Virus record (IMG/VR): IMGVR_UViG_3300049460_000134
Span: 1 to 64,000 of that record
Origin: a virus
Direction: 5' to 3' (one strand)
Length of the DNA: 64,000 nt
Shown: positions 48,009-57,105 of the stretch, piece after piece
How positions within the stretch are numbered: the stretch's first letter is position 1
Layout of the letters: every line of letters begins with the position of its first letter
Translations under genes and position numbers: made by a program
The notes under the pieces: model-generated
Databases searched by the model: none
What the model was told of the DNA's origin: nothing
The model's input: the letters and a program-made list of their open reading frames with translations, nothing else

Positions 48009-48202
48009 TGGCGACTTGGTTTGGAGTTCGAGTTGGCGCGTTGAAGAACATTTACGCGCACCGGGACGCCGGTGTGATCATAAGTGGTGCTTGGGCTGAC
48101 CGTGAATGGGTTGATGCAAGCGCTGAAGACGCCAAAGCAGACACGTCATGGAAGCTGATCGGGCGCGTTAGGATCAAAGCTCTCAAGGAGAAGGCTCAAT
48201 GA
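48008..48202 (+). CDS. Hypothetical protein
   Basis: Coupled small ORF. Confidence 0.5.
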   Translation: MATWFGVRVGALKNIYAHRDAGVIISGAWADREWVDASAEDAKADTSWKLIGRVRIKALKEKAQ

Positions 48203-48561
48203 CAAAACTCGTCACTCTCGCCGAATGCCCACCTGGCGCGTTCATGTTCAACGGCCACATGGGCTTCAAGACCGAGTATCGCCTCGAAGGCGGCCGAACT
48301 GAAGCCTACTGCATGTCGAGCGGCGAATGTTTCATTGGTGGCGCTGAAAGCAGCGAGGCGCGCGAAGAGCTCCTTGTTTATCCGGTCAATGCTGAGGCGC
48401 TCTATCTGCACTGCGCCAAGTTCAAGACCGATCAGCGCATCGACTGCTCCGAGACGGTCTACCAGACAGATCGCGTGATCCAGAACGCCTACGAATTCAT
48501 CGATGGCGTCTGCGAGATCATCGGCTACCCCAAAGACGAAGACGAGGAGGGTGACGAGTAA
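48199..48561 (+). CDS. Hypothetical protein
   Basis: LAECPPGAF...GFKTEY; ATGA coupling. Confidence 0.6.
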   Translation: MTKLVTLAECPPGAFMFNGHMGFKTEYRLEGGRTEAYCMSSGECFIGGAESSEAREELLVYPVNAEALYLHCAKFKTDQRIDCSETVYQTDRVIQNAYEFIDGVCEIIGYPKDEDEEGDE

Positions 48562-48779
48562 TGCGTATGTGGACCCGCAAGAGCGGCTCGCAGCGCCGTT
48601 CCAAAATTCAAGCCGTCGAGATCGCACCCAATTTTTGCGGTCAGAACGGCAGTCAGAACCTCGCAATCAAAACCGAAGACGGTTGGTTGGTCCTCGAGCC
48701 TGAGAGTGAGGCCGAGACGCGCCAGCTCATGAGCACCGCGGCCATCATCTTTCGTAACTACCGGGAGCCACGCATTTGA
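48561..48779 (+). CDS. Hypothetical protein
   Basis: TAATG coupling. Confidence 0.5.
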   Translation: MRMWTRKSGSQRRSKIQAVEIAPNFCGQNGSQNLAIKTEDGWLVLEPESEAETRQLMSTAAIIFRNYREPRI

Positions 48780-50725
48780 AATTCAAGACCCTAACCATTG
48801 AGAACTTCCTCGCGATCGCTGAAGGCAAGGTCGAGCTCGCAGACCGCGGCCTGGTGCTCATTCAAGGCGTGAACAATGACGACACGTCCGCTGCATCGAA
48901 CGGCGCCGGCAAGTCATCGCTCGCCGACAGTCTGTGCTGGTGCCTCTACGGCGAGACAGCACGCGGTGTTTCCGGCGACGACGTCATCAACGACACCGCT
49001 GGCAAGAACACGCGTGTCGAGGTGGTCATCGAGGACGATGGCAACATCTACACGATCGCGCGCCACCGCAAGCACAAGCCGAACAAGAACGCGCTGACCG
49101 TCTTCCATCAGGGCGCAACGCTCGGCTCTGCGCCGAAGGATCTGACGAAAGGCACCGACAAGCTGACGCAAGTCGTTGTCGACAAGATCATCGGCGCATC
49201 CCTCGAGGTGTTCCGTTCTGCCGTCTACGCCGGTCAGGAACAAATGCCAGACCTTCCGGCGATGACAGATAAGAGCCTCAAGCTCCTGATCGAAGAGGCG
49301 TCCGGCGTCACACTGCTTGAATCGGCCTATACAGAAGCACGCGAGCGGCTTGGTGTCGTCACTGGCAACGTCGAGCGCGTCAAGCAGGAGACGGAGCGCC
49401 TGGAACACAGCGCCAAGCATCACCGCGACAACGTGGCTGAATTCGAGCGCATCCGCGACGAATGGGATACGGCTCAGAAGAAGCGCGCCGAAGACGAGAA
49501 GGATATCGCGCGCACGAAAGTCTCTGACGTCAAGGTGATCGACGCCGAGCTCGCCAGGGATCCGAACGCCGAAGCCGACTATGAGGCTGCGATCGCCGTG
49601 ATCGACAACAAAATCGACTCGGTCGATTATCAGAACACGGAGCTTGCCGAGCACGAGACGCTCGTCGCCCAGGCGTCAGCCAAGATGCTCGCGCTCGATC
49701 GGCAGGTGAAGCTCGCGGCTGATGCAACGCGCAAGCACAAGACGGCATATGAGCAGATCAATCACAAGATCGGCTGCCCCTGCGACGGCTGCGGCCGCGA
49801 AATCACCGCGGAAGAGATCTCCGCAGCATCTGATGCTGCCAAGCGCGACCTGACGACGAAAGCAACTGAATATCGCTCGCTCAAGTCTGAGCTGGAAGCA
49901 GCTCAAAAAGAGACAGAGAAGCGCTGTGACGAGCGGGACGCGTTCAAAGCGTCAATGACTGATCTAAGCACAGTCACGCGCGACAGAGCGCATCTACAAG
50001 CTAAGCTCGACGAGGTCCGTCGCAAGGTTCAGGCGCGAAACACGCTGGCTGATGCAGCGAGAACGCATGTGAACCGGTCGAAGGCGATCATGGCCGAGGA
50101 GAATCCGCACCTGGCGAACATCGAGCGGCATAGGAAGCTGCTCGAAAAAGCCGAGAAGGATCTCGCAGGGCTCAAATCGACAGCCGAACAGCTCGAAACG
50201 GATCACGCGCACGCATCTGCTGTCGCCAAGGTGTTCTCGCCGGCCGGTGTCAGAGCGCACATCCTCGACCAAGTGACGCCGTTCCTCAACGATCGCACGG
50301 CGCACTACCTGGCGACGCTGTCCGACGGCAACATCACGGCGACCTGGACGACACTTGTGTTGAACGCCAAGAGTGAGCTTCGCGAAAAGTTCTCCATCGA
50401 GGTTGTCAATGAGAAAGGCTCGCAGAAGTTCGCCGGCCTCTCAGGCGGTGAGAAGCGCAAGGTCCGCGTGGCGACAGCATTGGCGCTGCAAGACCTGGTC
50501 GCGACACGCGCCGCCAAGCCGATCGAACTCTTCATCGGCGACGAGATTGACCATGCGCTCGATGAGCCTGGTCTGGAACGCCTGACGACGATCCTCGAAG
50601 AGAAGGCGCAAGAGCGCGGCTCAGTGTTCGTCATCAGCCATAACTCGCTGTCCGATTGGATTCCTCAGATCATCGAGGTTGAGAAGAAGAACGGCCAAAC
50701 CACACTCAGAGAGGTTACAGCATGA
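48776..50725 (+). CDS. SbcC/Rad50-like ATPase
   Basis: SNGAGKSS, zinc hook CDGC, LSGGE, DEID..LD, ISH. Confidence 0.92.
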   Translation: MKFKTLTIENFLAIAEGKVELADRGLVLIQGVNNDDTSAASNGAGKSSLADSLCWCLYGETARGVSGDDVINDTAGKNTRVEVVIEDDGNIYTIARHRKHKPNKNALTVFHQGATLGSAPKDLTKGTDKLTQVVVDKIIGASLEVFRSAVYAGQEQMPDLPAMTDKSLKLLIEEASGVTLLESAYTEARERLGVVTGNVERVKQETERLEHSAKHHRDNVAEFERIRDEWDTAQKKRAEDEKDIARTKVSDVKVIDAELARDPNAEADYEAAIAVIDNKIDSVDYQNTELAEHETLVAQASAKMLALDRQVKLAADATRKHKTAYEQINHKIGCPCDGCGREITAEEISAASDAAKRDLTTKATEYRSLKSELEAAQKETEKRCDERDAFKASMTDLSTVTRDRAHLQAKLDEVRRKVQARNTLADAARTHVNRSKAIMAEENPHLANIERHRKLLEKAEKDLAGLKSTAEQLETDHAHASAVAKVFSPAGVRAHILDQVTPFLNDRTAHYLATLSDGNITATWTTLVLNAKSELREKFSIEVVNEKGSQKFAGLSGGEKRKVRVATALALQDLVATRAAKPIELFIGDEIDHALDEPGLERLTTILEEKAQERGSVFVISHNSLSDWIPQIIEVEKKNGQTTLREVTA

Positions 50726-51171
50726 TTATTCTCGACTGCCCATTTTGCTCCAAGCCGCCGATCTTCACGTCCATGCGCGATGTGGAAGACGGCTTCGATC
50801 ATTGCTTCTCGCTCGTATGTTCAGAGTGCGGAATCGAAATGACCGACGAGTATAAGGATGACCTCCTTGCGCGCTGGAATAAGCGATCGATTCCGACGAA
50901 CGCCATGCCAAGCGAGGAAGTTCTGAACGCCGGCTATGACGCGGCGCGCGATCAGAATGGTCTCCCGCCGGAAGGTCTGGTTCTCGGTCATGTCGGCAAG
51001 ATTTTCGTGGCGATGATCAATGCCGAAGTCGAAGAGCAGGTGAGCAAGCCGTCGATCCCATGCGAGCCTGATCCGGTCGGCATCTTCCATGCTTACGATC
51101 AGCCGATCGAGTATCTGCATAGCCACGATCTTCATGCAGGCGACCAGCTTTTTGTGAGGAAGGTAGCGTGA
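50722..51171 (+). CDS. Lar-family (restriction alleviation) Zn-ribbon protein
   Basis: LDCPFC...VCSECG...WNKR. Confidence 0.6.
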   Translation: MIILDCPFCSKPPIFTSMRDVEDGFDHCFSLVCSECGIEMTDEYKDDLLARWNKRSIPTNAMPSEEVLNAGYDAARDQNGLPPEGLVLGHVGKIFVAMINAEVEEQVSKPSIPCEPDPVGIFHAYDQPIEYLHSHDLHAGDQLFVRKVA

Positions 51172-51395
51172 CCGACATCGTCTACCACCTGGCACAGCTC
51201 CGGCACGCCTATGCAAAGCTGAAGGCCGGCGAGGTCATTCGCCAGGCTCAATTTGCCGATGGGCTGATCGCACCTGCGATCCGAGCCCTCGAGGAACTGG
51301 TCGATCAGCGCCACGATCATCGAGGCATGGAGCGCTGGGCTGAATACGATCCGAAGCCCTCGTTCCTTTCACGCGTTCTGAGGAGGAAGATATGA
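51168..51395 (+). CDS. Hypothetical protein
   Basis: GTGA coupling. Confidence 0.5.
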   Translation: MTDIVYHLAQLRHAYAKLKAGEVIRQAQFADGLIAPAIRALEELVDQRHDHRGMERWAEYDPKPSFLSRVLRRKI

Positions 51396-51595
51396 GCGGC
51401 CTAGAGGTCGTAGGAGCAGCCGCGATCTACATCGTGGCCGTCATCGTCGCTGGCTACATCGGCGCAGGCCTCACCGCGTTCCTCACTCGCAAGAGCGGCT
51501 TGGAAGGGCTCGCGCTGATCGTTGTCGTCCCGATGGCAATCTGGATCGTCGGCGCCATCGTCGGTCTCATCCTCCTGGGAGCGGCAATCGCGTGA
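51392..51595 (+). CDS. Small membrane protein
   Basis: Two TM helices. Confidence 0.55.
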   Translation: MSGLEVVGAAAIYIVAVIVAGYIGAGLTAFLTRKSGLEGLALIVVVPMAIWIVGAIVGLILLGAAIA

Positions 51596-51632
51596 AAAAT
51601 TCACGCAGCCCACGAATTCACTGACTATTATT

Positions 51633-51651
51633 GTCAGTAAACATTGACTGA
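51633..51651 (+). promoter_or_regulatory. Operator-like motif copy
   Basis: GTCAGT AAAC ATTGAC TGA. Confidence 0.75.
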
Positions 51652-51661
51652 AGGTTTGGAA

Positions 51662-52141
51662 ATGGCAAGAAAAACCCTTGATGAAGCCGAAAAGGCAAGG
51701 CTTCAGCGTATTGCCGACCGCATTTTCGAGAAGGTGAAGGCACTCGACGGCATCTATTACGTCGAAGGCATGCATCAGCTTCCGGTTCTGCGGCACGACA
51801 GTGAATACCGCCAGGCGCCGATCGATAGCTCGATCGAGTTCCTGCTCTCCTCCGTCCGCGTTGGCGGCCGCGGACAAATCATCTTCTGCTTCGAGCCGGC
51901 TGATAACCGTGAATTCAAGCATATTGAGGTCGAACAGCGGAAGATGGACGACGTCTTCCCTCTTTTCGGTCCCGCCTATGCTGAAGCAATCGGCTCCGAG
52001 CAAGAGAACTTCGAGGCTCTGATCAACGAGACGTCCGAGGCGCTCGAGCTTGAGGACGAAGCCGCCGAGATCCGCAAGGCTCAAGAAGCTGAAGAGGCTC
52101 TCGAAAACAATCGCAAACTCCAAAACTACGGGAGATTCTAA
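51662..52141 (+). CDS. Hypothetical protein ending NYGRF
   Basis: Acidic ORF, TAATG-coupled to the resolvase. Confidence 0.6.
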   Translation: MARKTLDEAEKARLQRIADRIFEKVKALDGIYYVEGMHQLPVLRHDSEYRQAPIDSSIEFLLSSVRVGGRGQIIFCFEPADNREFKHIEVEQRKMDDVFPLFGPAYAEAIGSEQENFEALINETSEALELEDEAAEIRKAQEAEEALENNRKLQNYGRF

Positions 52142-52734
52142 TGGCAAAGATCCGCATTGGCGGTCTCGATGGTTCGCTGCGCAACTTCGGCATAGCGAAG
52201 CTGGACTATGAAACGGACACCGGCGAGCTCGAGCTGGTTGGTCTGAAACTGATCGAGACGGAAAAGACGAAGGCAAAGCAGGTGCGCGCCTCGTCCGATA
52301 CCTATGAGCGCGCCAGGACGCTCGCGACCGAGGCAGACGCCTACCTCGAGGACTGCGATATCATCTTCGCCGAAATCCCGTTCGGCGGTAAATCCTATGA
52401 CGCCGTGCTTGGCTTCGGGATTGTGATTGGCGTCTATGGCGCGCTCTCGCTGAAGACCCCGCTGATCGAGGTCGCTCCGGCTGAGACGAAGAAGGCAGCC
52501 GTCGGCACGCGCACTGCGTCGAAGGAAGAAATGATTGCCTGGGCATTTGAGAAGTTCCCGGATGGTCCGTGGCTGCGACACGCCAAGAACGGCAAGGGCT
52601 ACAGCAAGGGCGATCCGACCAACGCAAACGAACACCTGGCAGACGGCTGCGGCGTTGCCTTTGCAGGTATCAAGACGCCGGCGTTCCGCCAGGCTGCCGC
52701 AATGCTCGCGACTTCGCTCAAGAAGGCAGCATAA
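52141..52734 (+). CDS. RuvC-like Holliday junction resolvase
   Basis: GLDGSLRNFG, FAEIP, ASKEEMIAWA, EHLADG. Confidence 0.8.
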   Translation: MAKIRIGGLDGSLRNFGIAKLDYETDTGELELVGLKLIETEKTKAKQVRASSDTYERARTLATEADAYLEDCDIIFAEIPFGGKSYDAVLGFGIVIGVYGALSLKTPLIEVAPAETKKAAVGTRTASKEEMIAWAFEKFPDGPWLRHAKNGKGYSKGDPTNANEHLADGCGVAFAGIKTPAFRQAAAMLATSLKKAA

Positions 52735-52755
52735 TCGTAAAATCAAGCCTGTTTA

Positions 52756-52776
52756 GTCAGTAAAAACTGACTTACA
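52756..52776 (+). promoter_or_regulatory. Operator-like motif copy
   Basis: GTCAGT AAAA ACTGAC TTACA before nrdB. Confidence 0.75.
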
Positions 52777-52807
52777 ATGAGCACACCTTTCACTGCAGGA
52801 GCACCGA

Positions 52808-53770
52808 ATGCTTTTCGAACGCCAGGTCGAGCGTCTGCCCGACCATTATCCGTGGACACAGGACTACATCGAAGCCATGCAGGATGGCTTCTGGACCGCA
52901 AAGAAGTTCACTTTCGACACCGACAAGACCGACTATGAGCTCAATCTCAATGAGGCTGAGCGCCAGATGGTCACGCGCTGCCTTGCAGCGATCGCCCAGA
53001 TCGAGGTCTCCGTGAAGGAGTTCTGGAAACGCCTCGGCGATCATCTTCCGCATCCTTCGATTAAGGATCTCGGGATCACGATGGCCTACATCGAGGTCAT
53101 CCATAACAACGCCTACGAAAAGCTCCTGAAGAAGCTCGGTCTGATCGACGTCTTCAAGGACAACATGAGTGTTCCGGCTGTTGCTGGGCGCGTCGGCTAT
53201 CTCAACAAGCACGGCGAGCGCGTCTACAGCGACAACCGCAAGCAATACATCTACAGCCTGATCCTTTTCACGATGTTCGTGGAAAACGTCAGCCTCTTCA
53301 GCCAGTTCTACGTGATCCTCTGGCTCAACCGCTTTCAGAACGTGCTCAAGGATGCTGCGCAGCAGGTGAAATACACGCGCAACGAGGAGCTTCTACACGC
53401 CCAGGCCGGCGCCAAGATCATCATGACGCTCCGCAAGGAATATCCGGAGCTGTTCGATCAGGAAATGGAACGCAAAATCAAGCACGAATGCCACGTCGCG
53501 TTCGGCGCTGAATGCGAACTCATCAACTGGATGATCGGCGATTTCCAGGGCGACAAGCTCAATGCCGAAGTGCTCAAGGGCTACGTTGCTCAGCGCTTCA
53601 ACGAAAGCCTCGAAATGGTCGGCTACGAGCCGGTCTTCCACGTCGACAAGTCCGTCCAGGAGGCGACCTTCTGGATGACCGAGGGGCTCTACGCTCCATC
53701 GAAGGTCGATTTCTTCCACTCTGAACCCACCGAATACGCGCAGGCCGACTCTGCGGACGACGAATTTTAA
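52808..53770 (+). CDS. nrdB: Ribonucleotide reductase class I beta subunit
   Basis: IEVIHNNAY, ENVSLFSQF, NEELLH, DFF. Confidence 0.9.
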   Translation: MLFERQVERLPDHYPWTQDYIEAMQDGFWTAKKFTFDTDKTDYELNLNEAERQMVTRCLAAIAQIEVSVKEFWKRLGDHLPHPSIKDLGITMAYIEVIHNNAYEKLLKKLGLIDVFKDNMSVPAVAGRVGYLNKHGERVYSDNRKQYIYSLILFTMFVENVSLFSQFYVILWLNRFQNVLKDAAQQVKYTRNEELLHAQAGAKIIMTLRKEYPELFDQEMERKIKHECHVAFGAECELINWMIGDFQGDKLNAEVLKGYVAQRFNESLEMVGYEPVFHVDKSVQEATFWMTEGLYAPSKVDFFHSEPTEYAQADSADDEF

Positions 53771-53784
53771 AAGGACTGAAGATT

Positions 53785-55467
53785 ATGCGACAAGATTATG
53801 CCTGGCTGAACCAGGTGGCTCTAACTACGCTCTCGCGCGGCTATCTGCGCGAGGGCATCGCGCCTGAGAACCTCAAGGAAGAGGCGATCGCGCGTGTCAA
53901 TGCCATCGTAGATCGTGCAGAAGAAATCCTCGGTTTTGAACTGCCGACGCTGCGCCTGGGCGTCAAGCGCGGTTGGGTCTCACCCGCCTCTCCGATCTGG
54001 TCGAACTTCGGCGCTGGGCGCGGTCTGCCGATTAGCTGCAACGGCAGCTTCATGGCCGACGACATGGACTCCATTCTCTTCAAGAATGCCGAGATTGGCA
54101 TGATGACGAAGGAAGGCGCTGGCACTTCTGTCTATATGGGCAAGCTGCGTCCGTTCGGCTCTGCTATCTCTGGCGGTGGACGCTCGGAAGGTCCGACGCA
54201 TTTCGCTCGGCTGCCGCAGGAACAGGTGACTGTCGTCTCGCAGGGCAACACGCGCCGCGGCAATGCAGCCGTCTACCTCGATATCGAGCATGAAGACGCC
54301 GAGCGCTGGCTGGATATGCGTTCGATCTCTGGTGGCGTGCACCATCCGATCCAGCATCTTTCGTTCGGCGTGGTCATCGGCGACGACTGGATGAACGCGA
54401 TGCTCGCCGAAGAAAAGGGCGGTCCTAAGCGCAAGCTGATGGCGAAGATTCGCAACAAGCGGCGCGAGACTGGCTTTCCCTACATTGTCTTCCGCGACAA
54501 CGCCAACAATGCTCGCCCGGAAGTGCTGAAGCGGCTTGGTCTGCTGATCTATGCCTCGAACCTGTGCACTGAGGTCATGCTGCCGTCCGGTCCCGACGAA
54601 AGCTTCGTCTGTGATCTGTCCTCGGTCAATGCGCTCTATTACCACGAGTGGAAGAGCACGCCGTTCGTCCGCGAAATGATCTACATGCTCGACGCGGTGA
54701 TGACGGAATACATCGAGAAGATCCGCGGTGTCCGGCTGCTCGCTGATGCGCTTCGCTTTGCAGAACGCTGGCGCGCTCTTGGTCTCGGTGTTCTCGGCTG
54801 GCATTCGCTGCTGCAATCGCAGATGATCGCCATCGAAAGCGATGAGGCTCGAGCGCTGAATATCGAAATCAGCGAGTATCTCGCCACCGAGTCACACGCC
54901 GCATCCCGCGACCTCGCCGAACGTCTTGGAGAGCCGGAAGGGCTGAAGGGCACTGGCTACCGCAACCTGACGGTTAATGCGATCGCGCCTACCACATCCT
55001 CGTCGATCATCTGCGGCCAAGTTTCGCAGCAACGCGAGCCTTGGACTGCAAATATCTTCGAGAACGACAATGCCAAGGGCGTTTTCACGCAGCGCAACGT
55101 GTTCCTTGAGGAGCTGCTCGAAAGCAAGGGGCGCAACGACCAGCAGACTTGGCTCTCGATCTTGCAGAATGCCGGCTCCGTGCAACATTTGGACTTCCTG
55201 ACGCAGCACGAGCGCAACGTCTTCAAGACCTTTGCCGAGATCGACCAGGCAGAGCTGATCCGTCAGACTGCGGACTGCCAGAAGTATATCGATCAGGGCA
55301 TCAGTCATAACATCATCCTGCCGCCCGAAGCGACGATGAAGGAAGATATCGATCTGATCGTGTTGGCGTGGAGAAGCGGTTTGAAATCGCTCTACTATCG
55401 CAAGGGCTTGAACAAGGCACAGGAACTGGCTCGCCAGAATGCTTCCTGCGTGGCGTGTGAGGCGTAA
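53785..55467 (+). CDS. nrdA: Ribonucleotide reductase class I alpha subunit (compact, no ATP cone)
   Basis: PISC, SNLCTE, APTTSSS, KSLYY, C-terminal CVACEA. Confidence 0.92.
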   Translation: MRQDYAWLNQVALTTLSRGYLREGIAPENLKEEAIARVNAIVDRAEEILGFELPTLRLGVKRGWVSPASPIWSNFGAGRGLPISCNGSFMADDMDSILFKNAEIGMMTKEGAGTSVYMGKLRPFGSAISGGGRSEGPTHFARLPQEQVTVVSQGNTRRGNAAVYLDIEHEDAERWLDMRSISGGVHHPIQHLSFGVVIGDDWMNAMLAEEKGGPKRKLMAKIRNKRRETGFPYIVFRDNANNARPEVLKRLGLLIYASNLCTEVMLPSGPDESFVCDLSSVNALYYHEWKSTPFVREMIYMLDAVMTEYIEKIRGVRLLADALRFAERWRALGLGVLGWHSLLQSQMIAIESDEARALNIEISEYLATESHAASRDLAERLGEPEGLKGTGYRNLTVNAIAPTTSSSIICGQVSQQREPWTANIFENDNAKGVFTQRNVFLEELLESKGRNDQQTWLSILQNAGSVQHLDFLTQHERNVFKTFAEIDQAELIRQTADCQKYIDQGISHNIILPPEATMKEDIDLIVLAWRSGLKSLYYRKGLNKAQELARQNASCVACEA

Positions 55468-55468
55468 G

Positions 55469-55711
55469 ATGAGTATTCACGTTCTCATCCGATCCAATCC
55501 ACCCTGTCCTTCCTGCCTCAAGACAAAAGCGCTCCTTGAGCGGCGCGGTCTGGCCTTCACGGCAGAAGATCACGAGACGCCGGAGAAGGTTGAGACCTTC
55601 GTCGCTGCCGGCCATCGCACCTTTCCGCGCGTCTTCATTGACGACAAGCTGATAGGTGGCTTCGAAGATCTCGAACGCCATCTTGCTTCGCTGGAAGATG
55701 ACGATTTCTGA
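55469..55711 (+). CDS. Glutaredoxin
   Basis: CPSC, TFPRVF, IGGFEDL. Confidence 0.88.
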   Translation: MSIHVLIRSNPPCPSCLKTKALLERRGLAFTAEDHETPEKVETFVAAGHRTFPRVFIDDKLIGGFEDLERHLASLEDDDF

Positions 55712-55756
55712 GAAATAGCGCTTGCGTCCCAATCGCGCATCGTTATAAATGCTCTT

Positions 55757-55777
55757 GTAAGTAAATACTGACTGACA
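55757..55777 (+). promoter_or_regulatory. Operator-like motif copy
   Basis: GTAAGT AAAT ACTGAC TGACA at the start of the ncRNA region. Confidence 0.75.
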
Positions 55778-55861
55778 CGAAAGCGATGTGTCAGTCAGTT
55801 CCAGCGATCGAAGATCAACCGCTCTACGAGGTGTCGCCTTATGAACCGCTAAGTCGGGTTT

Positions 55862-55879
55862 ATCAGTCAAAATTGATTA
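55862..55879 (+). promoter_or_regulatory. Operator-like motif copy (degenerate)
   Basis: ATCAGT CAAA ATTGAT TA. Confidence 0.55.
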
Positions 55880-55921
55880 AGAAAAAGACGTCGCCAGGAG
55901 CCGTCAGAAAATAAACCTGGC

Positions 55922-56027
55922 TCTTATGTGAGTGGAGCGCGAAGGCTGAGCTAAAGGCCTGTTGTATTCGCGATGCAGCGAAACGAGAAAACCGGATTCT
56001 CGCGTAGCGGGCTCCGCTCACATAAGA
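55922..56027 (+). ncRNA. Cloverleaf structured RNA of unknown family
   Basis: 17-bp closing stem TCTTATGTGAGTGGAGC / GCTCCGCTCACATAAGA enclosing three hairpins. Confidence 0.55.
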
Positions 56028-56097
56028 GACCTGACGAGGACTGCGGTGAAGTCTCTCGCTTACAAGCGTGGCTAGGGTTCGAGTCCCTTAAGGGTCG
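56028..56097 (+). tRNA. Degenerate tRNA-like element (pseudo tRNA-Val TAC)
   Basis: D arm GGAC-tgcggtgaa-GTCT, anticodon region CTTACAA, T arm AGGG-TTCGAGT-CCCT; mismatched acceptor stem and short anticodon loop. Confidence 0.5.
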
Positions 56098-56126
56098 CCT
56101 GTTCAACACCTACTGAGGAGAAGCGC

Positions 56127-56411
56127 ATGTCTGCCACCATTCTTGCATTCAAGCCGCGTTCTAAGCCAGAGCCGGAGTCCGTAAAGCAGCCGGCGCCTAA
56201 CCAGCTCGAGATTTCAAAGTTTGAGTGCGATCACCTCGACCGCGTGATTGATCGCGCCGTCCATGTGCTTGACGTCATCCACTCTGGTCCGGCGCTCATC
56301 AAGCAGTTCCTCGCCGGCCAGCGCACGATCGCCTCCACCGTCAAGCACGGCGGCGTCGAATACGAGCTGCAGATCAGCCTCGTCGAAAAGCATTCCCCTC
56401 GCTTCGCATAA
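56127..56411 (+). CDS. Hypothetical protein
   Basis: GAGGAG RBS. Confidence 0.6.
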   Translation: MSATILAFKPRSKPEPESVKQPAPNQLEISKFECDHLDRVIDRAVHVLDVIHSGPALIKQFLAGQRTIASTVKHGGVEYELQISLVEKHSPRFA

Positions 56412-56423
56412 TAGGAGATTCCA

Positions 56424-56669
56424 TTGCGAAACTTTCTTTCTCGCCTTTTCCGCCGCAACCAGACGATCGTCACGAACGTCTCGGTCAATCACCAGGTCAA
56501 CGTGATCCGTGATGACGCCGACTATATCGACGCGCTCGAAAACCGGATCGCCGATCTCCTGGTCGCCAACACCGACTACGTGATGCGCCTTCAGGCTCGC
56601 GGCATTCGCGTCAAGGAGCTCGAGACGGAAAACGCCGAGCTGCGCGCACAGATCCCTGTTGCGGCATAA
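56424..56669 (+). CDS. Hypothetical coiled-coil protein
   Basis: AGGAG RBS with TTG start. Confidence 0.6.
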   Translation: MRNFLSRLFRRNQTIVTNVSVNHQVNVIRDDADYIDALENRIADLLVANTDYVMRLQARGIRVKELETENAELRAQIPVAA

Positions 56670-56674
56670 CGCAC

Positions 56675-56881
56675 ATGGGGCTTTCGGCTAACGGGAAGCC
56701 TATAACGCCCTACCAAGGCTCGTGGGCATGGAAAATGGAGCAGCGCCGCAAGCTCGGCGCGCTTCGCGAGCAAGAAACCACCCTCTTCATCAATGGCAAC
56801 AATCGCGAGGCTGCAGAGCGTCGCGACGAAGCCGCAGATCTCGAAAGGAGCTTACATGGCGGACAGACGCCTAACGACTGA
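56675..56881 (+). CDS. Hypothetical protein
   Basis: Small ORF in operon. Confidence 0.45.
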   Translation: MGLSANGKPITPYQGSWAWKMEQRRKLGALREQETTLFINGNNREAAERRDEAADLERSLHGGQTPND

Positions 56882-57086
56882 AGACAGGCATACGCCGAAG
56901 TTGAAGCAGATCGCCGGTCTCATCCAGGGACTGACCTTCCGCGAAATGCAGCATATCTCGGAATTGCTGAGGGATGAGCTGCAAGTGAGCGGCTCAATGC
57001 CTGTTACCGATGCGCTGCTAAAAGTTGCCGACAATCTTCTCGGCTTCGACACGCAGACCGGAATTCCCTTTCGTTCCGCTTCCTGA
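56856..57086 (+). CDS. Hypothetical protein
   Basis: AAGGAG RBS before ATG 56856. Confidence 0.55.
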   Translation: MADRRLTTEDRHTPKLKQIAGLIQGLTFREMQHISELLRDELQVSGSMPVTDALLKVADNLLGFDTQTGIPFRSAS

Positions 57087-57105
57087 AACAATAAGGACAC
57101 CTCCT

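Noticed and set aside
55975-56050. Hammerhead-like core fragments (GAAAC...GTA...CTGACGA)
   Set aside because: Stem I cannot form and stems II/III need bulges; the cloverleaf plus tRNA-like fold explains the sequence better.
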